Below are positions 45,633 to 55,308 of a stretch of DNA of 64,000 nt, piece by piece (the first letter of the stretch is position 1; every line of letters begins with the position of its first letter). This stretch comes from a virus (lineage: Duplodnaviria > Caudoviricetes), in IMG/VR virus record IMGVR_UViG_3300037258_000150, positions 35-64,034 of that record, one strand, 5' to 3'. Under the pieces are notes generated by a model. The model did no database searches. It had not been told where the DNA came from and was given only the letters and a program-made list of their open reading frames with translations. The position numbers and the translations under genes were made by a program.

Positions 45633-45662
45633 GTTATCGCATGATCACGCGCGCGTTGTCAA
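45633..45662 (-). promoter_or_regulatory. Putative promoter for the capsid operon
   Basis: TTGACA then 18 nt then TGc-GATAAC; weak -10. Confidence 0.4.
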
Positions 45663-45665
45663 CTG

Positions 45666-45905
45666 TCATCCCTTCAATGCGACGGAATTGCGCCAGTTGG
45701 CATAAGCGGCGAGCGCCCGACTTCCACCAGGGCTCACCGTGTCACCCAGGCTCGCCAGCGCCTGCTCGAGCGCGCTGACACGAGCCTCGAGCGACCGCGT
45801 TGCAGGCTCGGTCGCCGGGATCGTTTCGGACTCGCCGGTGACGGTAGCCGTCTCGGTGTCGCTCGCGGGGATATCGGTCGCGTCGTCGGTCATGTCGGTT
45901 CTCAC
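45666..45905 (-). CDS. Hypothetical protein
   Basis: Acidic N-terminus, LEARVSALE coil. Confidence 0.55.
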   Translation of the reverse strand: MRTDMTDDATDIPASDTETATVTGESETIPATEPATRSLEARVSALEQALASLGDTVSPGGSRALAAYANWRNSVALKG

Positions 45906-46489
45906 TCCGGAATCGGGATGCTGCCGTAGGTCTTCTTGACGGTGGCCATGGGATTGCCCTTGTTGTCGCGCTCGAATTGCCCTGCGGGAGCGGCGCCCAA
46001 CTGCTGCTCCTTCTGGCGCACCTGCTCACGCGCCCGGCGATTATCCTGCGCGCGCACCTCATCGGTGATCTCTTTCGGGCGCTCCATCAGCAGGCATCCC
46101 TTGCGCGGGATGTGCGCGCCGGTCCAACCGGGCGGCACGAGCTGCGGATGGCGGCTCGCGGGCACCGGGTCCCAGCCGCGTTGAGCCAAGGTGACCTGGT
46201 AGGAGTGATCGGGCTGGCCGAGCACCGTCTCGCGCTTCCACTCGTACGACCAGCCGTCGGGGATGATGGCCGGGTCGATGTAGAACTCGTCCGTCCCCTC
46301 CCCGAGACCGTCGCCCAAATGCTCACGCAGCTGCGCGGCGCGGGCAGCAGCGCGGGTACGCGGGTCGCTCTCGGACTGGGTCGACTCGGCTTGCGACTCG
46401 GCATCGGCAGCTGCGGAAGTGGCCTCGCCAGGCAGTGGATGGATTCGCGGGCGGCCAGGGCCGCGCTTGATGGGCTCTTCGGTGCTCAC
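45902..46489 (-). CDS. Conserved head-module protein
   Basis: IPDGWSYEWKR...G, GW.PVPA.RHP, G.LLMERP. Confidence 0.7.
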   Translation of the reverse strand: MSTEEPIKRGPGRPRIHPLPGEATSAAADAESQAESTQSESDPRTRAAARAAQLREHLGDGLGEGTDEFYIDPAIIPDGWSYEWKRETVLGQPDHSYQVTLAQRGWDPVPASRHPQLVPPGWTGAHIPRKGCLLMERPKEITDEVRAQDNRRAREQVRQKEQQLGAAPAGQFERDNKGNPMATVKKTYGSIPIPE

Positions 46490-47484
46490 GACAACTTTCC
46501 TTCCTTTTTGAGGGCCATTTTGTTGCGGGCATACTCCTCGACGGTCATGCCCATATTCTGCGCGACCTCGACCTCATCGGCGCTCAAGCGCACGACGTTG
46601 GAACGGGAGCCGTTGCCTGCCGTGCCTGAACGACTGACGGGGGCGGCCGCGGGGGCGGTCTGGCGCCCTCCGGTAGCGGCCGCGGCACTGGGATCGGCGA
46701 GGGGATCCGTCTCTCCTGCGTGCGCGACTCCGTTGCCGGCGCCGTTGGTGGTGGCTGCGGCGGTGAGATCGAGTGTTTTCTCGACTGATCTGAAATAATC
46801 GTCGGTGTCTGCCTTATATCCCCGTGCCGTCGCCAACTGATGCGCGGCGATCATTTGCTGGTTTTTGTTCTCGTCGCGAATGAATTCCGGATGCGCGCGG
46901 AGCCATTCACGGCTGCGTGGATATTCAGGGCCTATGGTGGAAATGTATTGCTCGACAGCATCGACAGGGACCCGCGCCGTGGGCTTGGGCTGCCTTTCGA
47001 GGTGCGTCTTGCCGGCTTCGAGCTGGGCGAGCTTCGCGGAATTGTCGCCCATCTGCCGCTGTAGCTTCGCGGCACCGGCCCAGTCCTGAGCGGCCATCGA
47101 CTCGGCGTATTTGGACTCGAGCGCATCGTTCGCCTGGGTGACGGTGGCGATCGCGTTCTTGACCAAGTCCAATTCTGTCGTCTGGACGCGCCCGCGGGCC
47201 TCCGCTTCCGCCTTTGAGGCCTCGCGGGCCCGGGTTTCGGCGGACGCGCGGGCGGAATCGGCCGCCTCGCGAGCGGCGCGCTCGTCTTTGAGCTGCTTCT
47301 GCAGCTTCTCGATGCCCTGTTCGGGGGTCAGAGCGTCTGCGGCGCCATTTTTGGCCGTCACTTCCGGGTCGACGATGACTTTGGGCTCTGCGGCTGCCTT
47401 CTCGGACTGCTTTTCGGCCTTTTTCGCCGCAGCAGCATCGAGTGCCTCGATGTCGACTGTCACTTCTTCGGTTGCGGTTGCCAT
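46486..47484 (-). CDS. Scaffolding protein
   Basis: Long coiled coil; C-terminal VRLS..E...A..MG.T.EEYA. Confidence 0.75.
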   Translation of the reverse strand: MATATEEVTVDIEALDAAAAKKAEKQSEKAAAEPKVIVDPEVTAKNGAADALTPEQGIEKLQKQLKDERAAREAADSARASAETRAREASKAEAEARGRVQTTELDLVKNAIATVTQANDALESKYAESMAAQDWAGAAKLQRQMGDNSAKLAQLEAGKTHLERQPKPTARVPVDAVEQYISTIGPEYPRSREWLRAHPEFIRDENKNQQMIAAHQLATARGYKADTDDYFRSVEKTLDLTAAATTNGAGNGVAHAGETDPLADPSAAAATGGRQTAPAAAPVSRSGTAGNGSRSNVVRLSADEVEVAQNMGMTVEEYARNKMALKKEGKLS

Positions 47485-47487
47485 GGG

Positions 47488-47931
47488 TCACCAAATGACG
47501 CGCGGATCTGCCACACGCATGCGGATCTGGTCATCGTATACGAGGCGACACTGCACAAAGTCCTGAATTTGCAGCCCTTCGACATCCGAGTTGATGTCGA
47601 GTGCCCAGGTATCAGACGGGCGCACGACAACCCAGTCGTGAAGTTTGATGTTGATGCCATATTCGACGCCGGTGTCAGCGGTTTGGCGCACGAACCGGCA
47701 CGCGGAGCCGATCTTGACGACGAGTCCGCACTTGCCCTGATAGCGATCCTCCTTCAAATTCTGCTGCGGCAGAACGATGCCGCCAGTGGTCTTCTCCGGT
47801 CTCATGTAGATGGCGAGCAGGACCTCGTTCTGCGCGATCTCGAGGTGCGAAAGGTCGCCTAACTTCTCGAGCAACTCGCGCCTGGGATCATATTGCGGCT
47901 CACTCACCTTGTGTAGCGTCGCTGACTTCAT
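47488..47931 (-). CDS. GroES-like co-chaperonin
   Basis: VLL...RPEKTTGGIVLP...GLVVKIG...DWVV; start re-assigned to ATG 47931. Confidence 0.8.
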   Translation of the reverse strand: MKSATLHKVSEPQYDPRRELLEKLGDLSHLEIAQNEVLLAIYMRPEKTTGGIVLPQQNLKEDRYQGKCGLVVKIGSACRFVRQTADTGVEYGINIKLHDWVVVRPSDTWALDINSDVEGLQIQDFVQCRLVYDDQIRMRVADPRVIW

Positions 47932-47938
47932 TGACTCG

Positions 47939-48142
47939 TTACCCCTGATCGATGATTGTTTGAATTTCCGGGCAAAACTCATTGGTGACGCGCTTCAGTG
48001 CTGCGATGCGCCCGACGTAATTCTGGTATTTGGCGTGATCGGTGACGGCGATCCCGACTTCAAGGTCATTGCGCAAGCGTTCGAGTTCTTGGGCAATGCG
48101 CTTCTTTAACTCACGCTCGAATCTAGCGTCATAAGAGCTCAC
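47939..48142 (-). CDS. Small conserved head-module protein
   Basis: L..G...D.A.Y...VG.I.AL motif preceding the GroES-like gene. Confidence 0.65.
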   Translation of the reverse strand: MSSYDARFERELKKRIAQELERLRNDLEVGIAVTDHAKYQNYVGRIAALKRVTNEFCPEIQTIIDQG

Positions 48143-49218
48143 GACCGGGCGGCGGCTTTCGCCTTCTCGAGCCTCCCTAAGCCACTGCCGGCGCCAGCGT
48201 CGATCGGATAGGCGCGCCCGCCAGCGGCGCGCATCGGCATGGTAGCCCCGGGTGCCATGGCGGCAGGGGGCATCATTGGCGGCGGCGGTGCGCCCTGATG
48301 AAGTCCCACGGGGGCTTGACCCGGCGGTGGCATCATCGGGCGCGGCGGCATGGGAGCGCCCGCACCCGCACCCTGGGGAGCGATGATGATGTTGACGTTC
48401 GTGCCCTTCTTCGTGCGCCCGCCACCCTTGCGCGCAAGGCGGCCGCCAGTGGGGCGAGTCCCGTCGTTGATCGCGGCGCGGTCGACTGAGCCGCCAGACT
48501 TCTTGTGCAGCCCCTTCAGGGTCTCGGCGAGATGTGCTTTCTTGGCTTCCTTCGGATTCTTGCTGTGCTCGGCCTTTTCGAGCTTCTTCTCGGGGATGTC
48601 GTGACCCGCCTTGACGTGCAACTCCTTGCGCAAGGAACCGGGGTGTTTGATCGCGTCGGCGATCCAGTGATCCGTACTGCCACCAGCCTTGCGCTCAACG
48701 CGACCGCCGGAGCACTTGCCGCACTTGCAGCCCATCTCGTGGATGAGTGCCCGGTCCTGCGCCTCGTCTTTATGGACCTTGCCGCCCTCGGTCCGCATGG
48801 GGCGGTGCAGCATGCCGAGCTTTTGCTGCGGGGTGAGGGCGCCACCGATCAGCTTGTGGACGCGCTCGGCCATGGCTTCGGCGCGGCCGCCGCGTTTCAT
48901 GCCGCCCACGTGTTTCGTGCCGGCGCGGTCCTCGTTCGCCGCCTTGACGTTGCGGTTGATGAGCGAGTCGGCGGTGAGCGCGCCTCCTGCGGCCCGACGC
49001 TTGCGGTCCGCACGCGGAGCCGTTGCCATGCCTTCGACGCTGCCGCCGCGGCGGTACTGGCGGCGCGAGATGGGGCGGGGTCCGGTTTGAACGTCACCGT
49101 TGAGTGCGCCTTCGGGACTGTAGCCGCTGGCGTCGACGCGCGCGTGAGGGTCGGAGCGGCTCAGGCGCTCGACCTTCTCTTTGGCGGCGGCGCGGGCCTT
49201 TTCTGACATTTCGCTCAT
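48139..49218 (-). CDS. Basic low-complexity internal-head-like protein with many xxxGG motifs
   Basis: YRRGG, RAAGG, MKRGG, RTEGG, RKAGG, KKSGG and others; embedded WIADAIKHPGSL module. Confidence 0.7.
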   Translation of the reverse strand: MSEMSEKARAAAKEKVERLSRSDPHARVDASGYSPEGALNGDVQTGPRPISRRQYRRGGSVEGMATAPRADRKRRAAGGALTADSLINRNVKAANEDRAGTKHVGGMKRGGRAEAMAERVHKLIGGALTPQQKLGMLHRPMRTEGGKVHKDEAQDRALIHEMGCKCGKCSGGRVERKAGGSTDHWIADAIKHPGSLRKELHVKAGHDIPEKKLEKAEHSKNPKEAKKAHLAETLKGLHKKSGGSVDRAAINDGTRPTGGRLARKGGGRTKKGTNVNIIIAPQGAGAGAPMPPRPMMPPPGQAPVGLHQGAPPPPMMPPAAMAPGATMPMRAAGGRAYPIDAGAGSGLGRLEKAKAAARS

Positions 49219-49228
49219 GACGGGCTCC

Positions 49229-49432
49229 TCACTGTGGCGCTGAATCTACGCTCGCGCCAGCGCTTGCGCAATCGGCGGTCACGATCACGCAGGGAATGCA
49301 GGTCGTCGCGGTGGTGGCGCAGAAGTGACACTTCCAGACCTGCGTCAGGTTGCCGGCGCCGTACTTCTCGCTTTCGAGCGCCATCACGATGACTTTCGGC
49401 TCACACGTCGGGCAGTGCAGGTTCGCTCTCAC
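49229..49432 (-). CDS. Small zinc-ribbon protein
   Basis: CPTC...WKCHFC. Confidence 0.5.
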   Translation of the reverse strand: MRANLHCPTCEPKVIVMALESEKYGAGNLTQVWKCHFCATTATTCIPCVIVTADCASAGASVDSAPQ

Positions 49433-49436
49433 GGGC

Positions 49437-51785
49437 CTACTCTCCAAGTCCCTTCTCGATCTGGTGAATGATGCCGGTCGCCTTTCTGCCGGCGCCCGGG
49501 GCATCGCTCGGGTCCGTGATGACGGCCTTGGCGAGGTCAATGGCATCGTCCTTCTGCCGCGCGTCACGCTCGAGCGCCGCGTCGTGGCTCTGCGTGGCCT
49601 GGGCTACCGCCTTCAGCCCCACCTCGCGCTGACGGGTGTGGGCGTCCATCAGTTTCGCCTGCGCGCTCGCCAGATCAAGTTGCGACTCTGGCGGCTCAGC
49701 GGGGGCGGCCGCCGCCTCCTTGCCCTTGGGCGCGAACGCGCCCGCAGCGGTTTTCGCTTCGATCTCATCGGCCTTCGCCTGCGCTTCGGTCGCGCGAGCG
49801 TTCGCCTCAGTGGTCTTGGCTTTGGCAGCGGCAGCCTCGTTCGCCATCTGGGACTGCGCCTGCTGGAGCTGCATCGGCGGGGCCGTGCGGGCCTGAGGGG
49901 GGATGAAGAAGAGTTCAGGATCCGGCCATCCCATGGCGCCCAAGGCTGCCGTGTGGGTCTTGATCGGGTCGTAGAGCTGCGGGGCCTGCGCCGAGAGCTG
50001 CATGAGGCCCATCACCTTCATCAGGCGCTGGCCGCTCGAGGCGGTATTGGGATCCGCCTGCGGCACCATGTCGCAGTTGCCAAGCGCCGCCAAGAAGCTC
50101 TCCCGGTCCCACTTCGTCTTTGACTTGCAGCCGCGCTGAAAGAAACTCTCCGGGTTCTCCCGAAAGAGCTCCTTCAGGAGCTGAAACTCCTCGGCCTGCG
50201 CGGCGTGAATGCGCTTATGCACTGCATCGAGCACCTTCACCGCCTGCTCGATGAGGGCGAGCGTCGTGCCCACGGGCACATCGGCCCGGCCCTCCCCGAC
50301 CTGCACCTCGGACGTACCGCCTAGGCGCCGGCCAGTGTCGACCATGTTCTCGACCAACTGCATGGTGGCGGGCATGCCCTGGGTCGAGTAGGGGAGCGGC
50401 ATCACCGCATCGCGGATCGCAAGGCCATTGGTCTTGATGGGGGCGCCGCCGCCCGGCGGCACACGAAAGATGTTCGTATTCTGGCGGCCACCGCCGTCGG
50501 CCATCAGGAAGCCGGGAAAATTCGCGTACATGCCTGTATCGAGCATTTCCCGCCAGGCCGCAGTCACCGCGTTCGTCGTGTTGCCCAAAATGTGCAGCAG
50601 GCCAATGGGGTAGAACCCGATTCCCGGGACGAAGGGGTAGAGGACGAAGCGCTTTCGCGCGATGGGAAGCGGCTCGTCCTTCTCGCCGTAGTTGCGCACC
50701 ACGGCCAAGCACTCGCGCGAGGAACGGTCAATCGTCACCGCATAGGGCACCGCGAGGCCGCTTTCCTTGCCGTCTAACTTGTGCTCGAAGCCCTTGATGT
50801 CGAGTTCGCAGCAGATCTCGTAAATCTCCCGCTCACGATCCTCGGGGCGCCCGAGCGCGTTGACCGTGATGCCCTGCTGCGCGCGCTTCTCGTCATCGAG
50901 CGGGTTTGACTCCTGGGGCAGCGGGTCGGCGAGGGTCACGTCGCGGTACACGCCGAGCAACTGCATGCGCCGTACGACCGAGGGCCTCATCATCACCCGA
51001 TGCGTCACACGTTGCGCGTTTGCAAGGTCGGTGGCCGACTGGTTGACGATCAGGTCCTCGGCATCGACGGATTCCGACACCGGGCGCATGCGAAGCGGGC
51101 ATTTGTAGACTTTCTTGAACGCGCCGCCGCCAAAGCCCACCTGAAACAACATCCGGTCGGTGTCGGGGTAGTACTCCGTCGCGACCGCCGTCAGGTAGTG
51201 ATTCAAGTCCATCTCGAGCGCATTTGCGACCGCATCGTCAATGGGGGTCGGGGAGGTCGAGTCGTTTCGCACCTTCACCGGGCCATCGGCGGGGAGCAGC
51301 TCGCCTCTGGCGTTCGCCTGGAACCTCAAGACCGCCTCGAGCAGGAGCGGATGGCGCACGCGGCTCATGCCCTCGACCGGCGCCCCATCGGTCGCGCCCT
51401 GAACGTTCGGCAGCTCGATTTTAAGGCCCAAGAGCTTGATGCCCTGCGCGCGGTCCTCGATCCACTCGGCTCGGGAGGTGAGATCATCCGCGACGCCGCG
51501 CAGCAGATCCTCGGTGATCGAGCTGAGTTCGTCCTTGTCGATGCGCGCGGCCAAATTGTCGAACCACTGCGTGGGCTCGCCGGGCTTGCCGGCATCGCCT
51601 AAGGGCTTGCCGTCGAGGGAGACGGTGATCGAGCCGTCGCCATGCTCGATACGCAGGATGTTGTTCTTGTCGTCGATGACGGGCGCATCGGCACCGGGCT
51701 CGATCTCGACGACGACATCGGCGGGAGCGGGCGCAGCGGGGGGCGCCGGCGGCACGAGGCGAAGGTTGCCGGCTAAGCCGCTCAT
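49437..51785 (-). CDS. Portal protein
   Basis: FDNLA, D..SR.EW, HPLL.EA..RFQA.A..EL.PA.GPVK, G..FKKVY, PVGTTLAL.E; downstream of TerL. Confidence 0.9.
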   Translation of the reverse strand: MSGLAGNLRLVPPAPPAAPAPADVVVEIEPGADAPVIDDKNNILRIEHGDGSITVSLDGKPLGDAGKPGEPTQWFDNLAARIDKDELSSITEDLLRGVADDLTSRAEWIEDRAQGIKLLGLKIELPNVQGATDGAPVEGMSRVRHPLLLEAVLRFQANARGELLPADGPVKVRNDSTSPTPIDDAVANALEMDLNHYLTAVATEYYPDTDRMLFQVGFGGGAFKKVYKCPLRMRPVSESVDAEDLIVNQSATDLANAQRVTHRVMMRPSVVRRMQLLGVYRDVTLADPLPQESNPLDDEKRAQQGITVNALGRPEDREREIYEICCELDIKGFEHKLDGKESGLAVPYAVTIDRSSRECLAVVRNYGEKDEPLPIARKRFVLYPFVPGIGFYPIGLLHILGNTTNAVTAAWREMLDTGMYANFPGFLMADGGGRQNTNIFRVPPGGGAPIKTNGLAIRDAVMPLPYSTQGMPATMQLVENMVDTGRRLGGTSEVQVGEGRADVPVGTTLALIEQAVKVLDAVHKRIHAAQAEEFQLLKELFRENPESFFQRGCKSKTKWDRESFLAALGNCDMVPQADPNTASSGQRLMKVMGLMQLSAQAPQLYDPIKTHTAALGAMGWPDPELFFIPPQARTAPPMQLQQAQSQMANEAAAAKAKTTEANARATEAQAKADEIEAKTAAGAFAPKGKEAAAAPAEPPESQLDLASAQAKLMDAHTRQREVGLKAVAQATQSHDAALERDARQKDDAIDLAKAVITDPSDAPGAGRKATGIIHQIEKGLGE

Positions 51786-51795
51786 GCCAGCGCCG

Positions 51796-52017
51796 TCATT
51801 TCTTGGCTCCGGGCGAGAAGTCCTTCGGTGCGCAGCCCTCGCGGTACATCCACTCGATGCGCTCGTTGATGCGCTTGCAGCTGCGGCACTCTACGGTCCC
51901 ATCGCAGTGCATGTAGAAATGCTGACTGCCACACTCGCACTCAAAGACGTACTCGGGCTTTTTCTCTCTGAAGTCGGCCAACTCCACGACCTTACCATCG
52001 GCGCCGGGAACGATCAC
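51796..52017 (-). CDS. Small zinc-ribbon protein
   Basis: CECG...F......ECRSC. Confidence 0.6.
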   Translation of the reverse strand: MIVPGADGKVVELADFREKKPEYVFECECGSQHFYMHCDGTVECRSCKRINERIEWMYREGCAPKDFSPGAKK

Positions 52018-52271
52018 TGCAGCCTCGCGCGTGGCGCCAGGTCGGCCAACTGCTGACGTACGAGGTAGGGGAGGAACTCCCGCACGAAGAGCTGCATACC
52101 TTTCATCGCGGCGGAATTCTCATCGGGCGCTGAGATCTTGTACTCGACCCGGTGCGCGTGAGGGGGCTCGCCGGTGACGATGACCTTGAAGAGGTAGGGG
52201 CGAAAGACGCGCGAAATGAGGTCGACCGTGCAGGTGCAGCGGGGAGGCGCCGTCTCGGGGGTGAGGACCAT
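52014..52271 (-). CDS. Hypothetical protein
   Basis: Lies between TerL and portal; coupled. Confidence 0.6.
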   Translation of the reverse strand: MVLTPETAPPRCTCTVDLISRVFRPYLFKVIVTGEPPHAHRVEYKISAPDENSAAMKGMQLFVREFLPYLVRQQLADLAPRARLQ

Positions 52272-52282
52272 GGGCGGCTACT

Positions 52283-53914
52283 CTACACCGAATAAAGCGG
52301 CTCTTCGCGCCCGCGGTACTGGCGGTCGGCTTCGAGCTCCGCTTCCCGCTCGGGCTGGCGGACCAGGAGGCCCATGTCGCGCAGCTTTTTCAAGCCCCCC
52401 GAAGTGCAGTCCGCGTACTCATCGTGCTTACCTTTGGGGAACTGCCCCACCTGAGCGATCACCTTCTCCATCCAGGCCCGGTCAGGGCCATAGACCATTC
52501 CTTCGGCGAATATGTGCTGCACGCTGATCAGTCTCGCGACTTTGTCCTGGCGCCCGGGATCGGCCAACTGAACCGAAAAGCGCTCGCGGCTGTAAAGGCG
52601 CCTCAGCTCCTGGGCGACGCTGATGCCGGAGGCCTTGTTCTCGATCACCAGCACATCGACCTTCATCTTTGTGCAGACTTCGGCGCTTTTCTTCACCAAC
52701 TCATGTAACTCGAGGCGCTCGGTCCACGCGTACATGCACATCACGCGCGGCGCAAATTCCGAATACGTCGAGGCGTGCGGAAGGGGCTCGCCATTTGCGC
52801 CTACTATCCTTGTCGTCGCGGCGCTGACATCTCCGGAGTAAATCCCCCAGATGATCATCCCGCTCGGATCGTTGATCTCGTGCTCCGTGTAGGCTGTATC
52901 GAGCCACGCGAGCACAAAATCCATGGGGGGAAAACTTTGTGCATCCCAGAGCCGCCACCACTCCCGCCTGATGAGCCCTCCGCCCTTGGGCTCCGGCCTC
53001 TGTTGCAGCTGACCGGCCGCTCGAAAGGGTCCGAGCCTCTTCTCAAGGCGGGTGGTGGCCTGCTCGTTGAACCTTTCCGGCCACATCAACTCCCCAGGCT
53101 CCGTGCGCGGATCCTTCCAGCCGGTCACCGTCGGATACGAGCGCTCCGGCTCGTACTTCATCGGGATCATCAGGTGAACCCAGTCCTCCATCTCGGTTTC
53201 CAGGATGTGTCCGGTCAGATCATTCTCGAACGTGCGCTGCTGGATGACGATACGAGCGCCGGTGTTCTGGTTGTTGAGCCGGGTGGGCATGACCCCATCC
53301 CACCAGTCAATCACGGTCTGAATGGAGGCCTCGGAGTCCACATCATCGACGGAGTTGTTATCATCGTTGATGATGCACATGGCGCCTTCCCCGGTGTTGG
53401 CGCCCACAACGGATGAAATGAGGCTCTCGCCGCCCTTGTCGTTCCTGAACCGCGCCTTGGTATTCTGGTCTTCCAGTAGCTGGAACCTGCCGCCCCACCG
53501 CGCCTGATACCACGGCGACTCGATGAGGCGACGGCGCTTGCCGGAGTCTCTCTCGACCAACTGCTTGGCGTAGGAGGTGTGGAGGAAGGAGACCTGAGGC
53601 CCGCTCACGGGACCGATTTTCGGCTGCACCCACACCCACGCGGGAAAGGTAACGGAGCACAAATTCGACTTCGAGCAGCGCGGGCTGATGTTGATCAGCA
53701 GATTACGTATCTGCCCGTCGACGACCGCCTGCAAGTGCTCGCAGATCGCATCGATGCACCAGCCATCGACCCAGGGGGCGGGGTCGATGATGCTCCACGC
53801 GGCCTTGAAGAACTCATAGAGATTCTCCTCGCAGTCGGCCCGCTCCAGGTCAAGGAGCTGCGCCTCCCCATCGACCGAGCGCGGGTCGAATTTGTCCAAG
53901 TTGAGGGCGGGCAC
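52283..53914 (-). CDS. terL: Terminase large subunit
   Basis: LLINISPRCSKS Walker A, IINDD Walker B, QQR...DL.G, QLQQ.P, DTAY, IENKASG, FP.G.HDEYAD nuclease. Confidence 0.93.
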   Translation of the reverse strand: MPALNLDKFDPRSVDGEAQLLDLERADCEENLYEFFKAAWSIIDPAPWVDGWCIDAICEHLQAVVDGQIRNLLINISPRCSKSNLCSVTFPAWVWVQPKIGPVSGPQVSFLHTSYAKQLVERDSGKRRRLIESPWYQARWGGRFQLLEDQNTKARFRNDKGGESLISSVVGANTGEGAMCIINDDNNSVDDVDSEASIQTVIDWWDGVMPTRLNNQNTGARIVIQQRTFENDLTGHILETEMEDWVHLMIPMKYEPERSYPTVTGWKDPRTEPGELMWPERFNEQATTRLEKRLGPFRAAGQLQQRPEPKGGGLIRREWWRLWDAQSFPPMDFVLAWLDTAYTEHEINDPSGMIIWGIYSGDVSAATTRIVGANGEPLPHASTYSEFAPRVMCMYAWTERLELHELVKKSAEVCTKMKVDVLVIENKASGISVAQELRRLYSRERFSVQLADPGRQDKVARLISVQHIFAEGMVYGPDRAWMEKVIAQVGQFPKGKHDEYADCTSGGLKKLRDMGLLVRQPEREAELEADRQYRGREEPLYSV

Positions 53915-54184
53915 TTATTTGCCGATCAGCTCCGTCAGCCGCTCGATCTCAACCATCGCCTCGTTGTAGAGGCGATGATCTACCGGGGCGCCTGCGGGTG
54001 GTAGGCCGGCGGCGAGGATGCGCACGCACCCATCATGCTCGCGGCAGAACGCCCGGACGCGCTCGAAGTTCTCCGCAGTGTCGGCGTCTTGGCCAAGCCG
54101 ATAATCTTCGAGCAGCCTTAAAAATTGGCGGGATTCCCAGGCGTCGGCGGTATCGCTCGGAGTTCGCGGGGGCGCCTCACTCAT
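53915..54184 (-). CDS. Hypothetical protein
   Basis: GGAGG RBS; between TerS and TerL. Confidence 0.55.
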   Translation of the reverse strand: MSEAPPRTPSDTADAWESRQFLRLLEDYRLGQDADTAENFERVRAFCREHDGCVRILAAGLPPAGAPVDHRLYNEAMVEIERLTELIGK

Positions 54185-54351
54185 CGGCCCCCTCCAGCGC
54201 CCGATAAAATTCCTCCGGCAGCGGAAATAACTCCTCGCGCAAAATCGCACGCAATCCAGGCTCAACGAGCGTGCGAAATGTCGGCGCCGACACTAGCATC
54301 TTCGTCGGTGTCGGTGTTCGGTGATGGGGCTGGGCGCCCTCATCGCTGGCC

Positions 54352-54990
54352 TCACTCATCGCCCCCGCCCCCATGCTCCAACGCCGAGAGCTGCTCCCGA
54401 GCACTCGCCGCCATAATGATCGCCCGCAGCGCCGCCCTTTCCTCCACCGTCAGCTTGCTCGAATCGATCACGTTCGCCTTCGGTGCGGGCCTTGAAATCT
54501 CGAGCTTCTGGGTGGGCGGCCGCCAGGGCTCGCCGCCCCGGCTTCGCATGATCTCCACCGCCGCCTTCACCGCCACCCGGTCGTTCGTGCTCGTCGCAAT
54601 GCGCAGCAAATTCGCCGCCACCTGACCCACCATCGCCGCCGAGCCTACCGCATACTCACCCGCATACTCGGCCTTGAACCGCACCTCACCGACGCCCATC
54701 AGCGCCGCCGCCACGTCCTCCGGCACCCCGAGTGCGCCAAATACCCGCGCCTGACTCTCAAGCACCGCATCGGCACCCTTCGCCACCGTCTCGCCCCGGC
54801 CCTTGGCGGCGCGCTTCAAGTCCGCCACCTGCTCGCGCCACCACACCGAGACCAGCTCCCGGTCGGTCGGGGGCGCCTTCGGCGGGTCCGTCAGGTTCGG
54901 CGGCGGGCGGATCATCCAGTCGCCCGTGTTCTCGTCCCGACGCGCCTGCTCGGCTAGGCGGCGCGCGCGATTTTGGGGGCTACCGGCCAT
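54352..54990 (-). CDS. Putative terminase small subunit
   Basis: HTH-like G.P...VA..MG.G, VA.NL...A, D.SKLT.EE; upstream of TerL. Confidence 0.65.
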   Translation of the reverse strand: MAGSPQNRARRLAEQARRDENTGDWMIRPPPNLTDPPKAPPTDRELVSVWWREQVADLKRAAKGRGETVAKGADAVLESQARVFGALGVPEDVAAALMGVGEVRFKAEYAGEYAVGSAAMVGQVAANLLRIATSTNDRVAVKAAVEIMRSRGGEPWRPPTQKLEISRPAPKANVIDSSKLTVEERAALRAIIMAASAREQLSALEHGGGGDE

Positions 54991-55120
54991 TACGCACCGT
55001 TACTCTGCACAACTAACATCCCGAAGGTGACGAGCATCATCAATGCGCCCCAGCCCCAACGGCGCGCCATGCAACAGCCGACGGCGGATAGAAATATCAC
55101 AAGAGTGGCGAAAATCATAC

Positions 55121-55274
55121 GGGGACCCTCGCGGGGGGGGGGGGGTGAATGACTGATGGCGTTGGGTGCGCGCCGGACACAAAGTGGAATTGAGATTTGG
55201 GGTGGGTAGCGAGGAGGGGCGCGAGCACCGGTACTAGGGACTCCGATCCTGCCAAAAGGGGGGTCGGGAGGGGG
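55121..55274. other. G-tract-rich non-coding region upstream of TerS, candidate packaging/terminus region
   Basis: G13 at 55133-55145 and further G runs to 55274 in a roughly 320-bp gap. Confidence 0.4.
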
Positions 55275-55308
55275 TCAAAAACCTGGCTGAGAGCGCTGGG
55301 TGAATTCG

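Noticed and set aside
52283-53914. Intein in TerL or the primase-helicase
   Set aside because: Lengths are normal and no intein splice-junction motifs are visible
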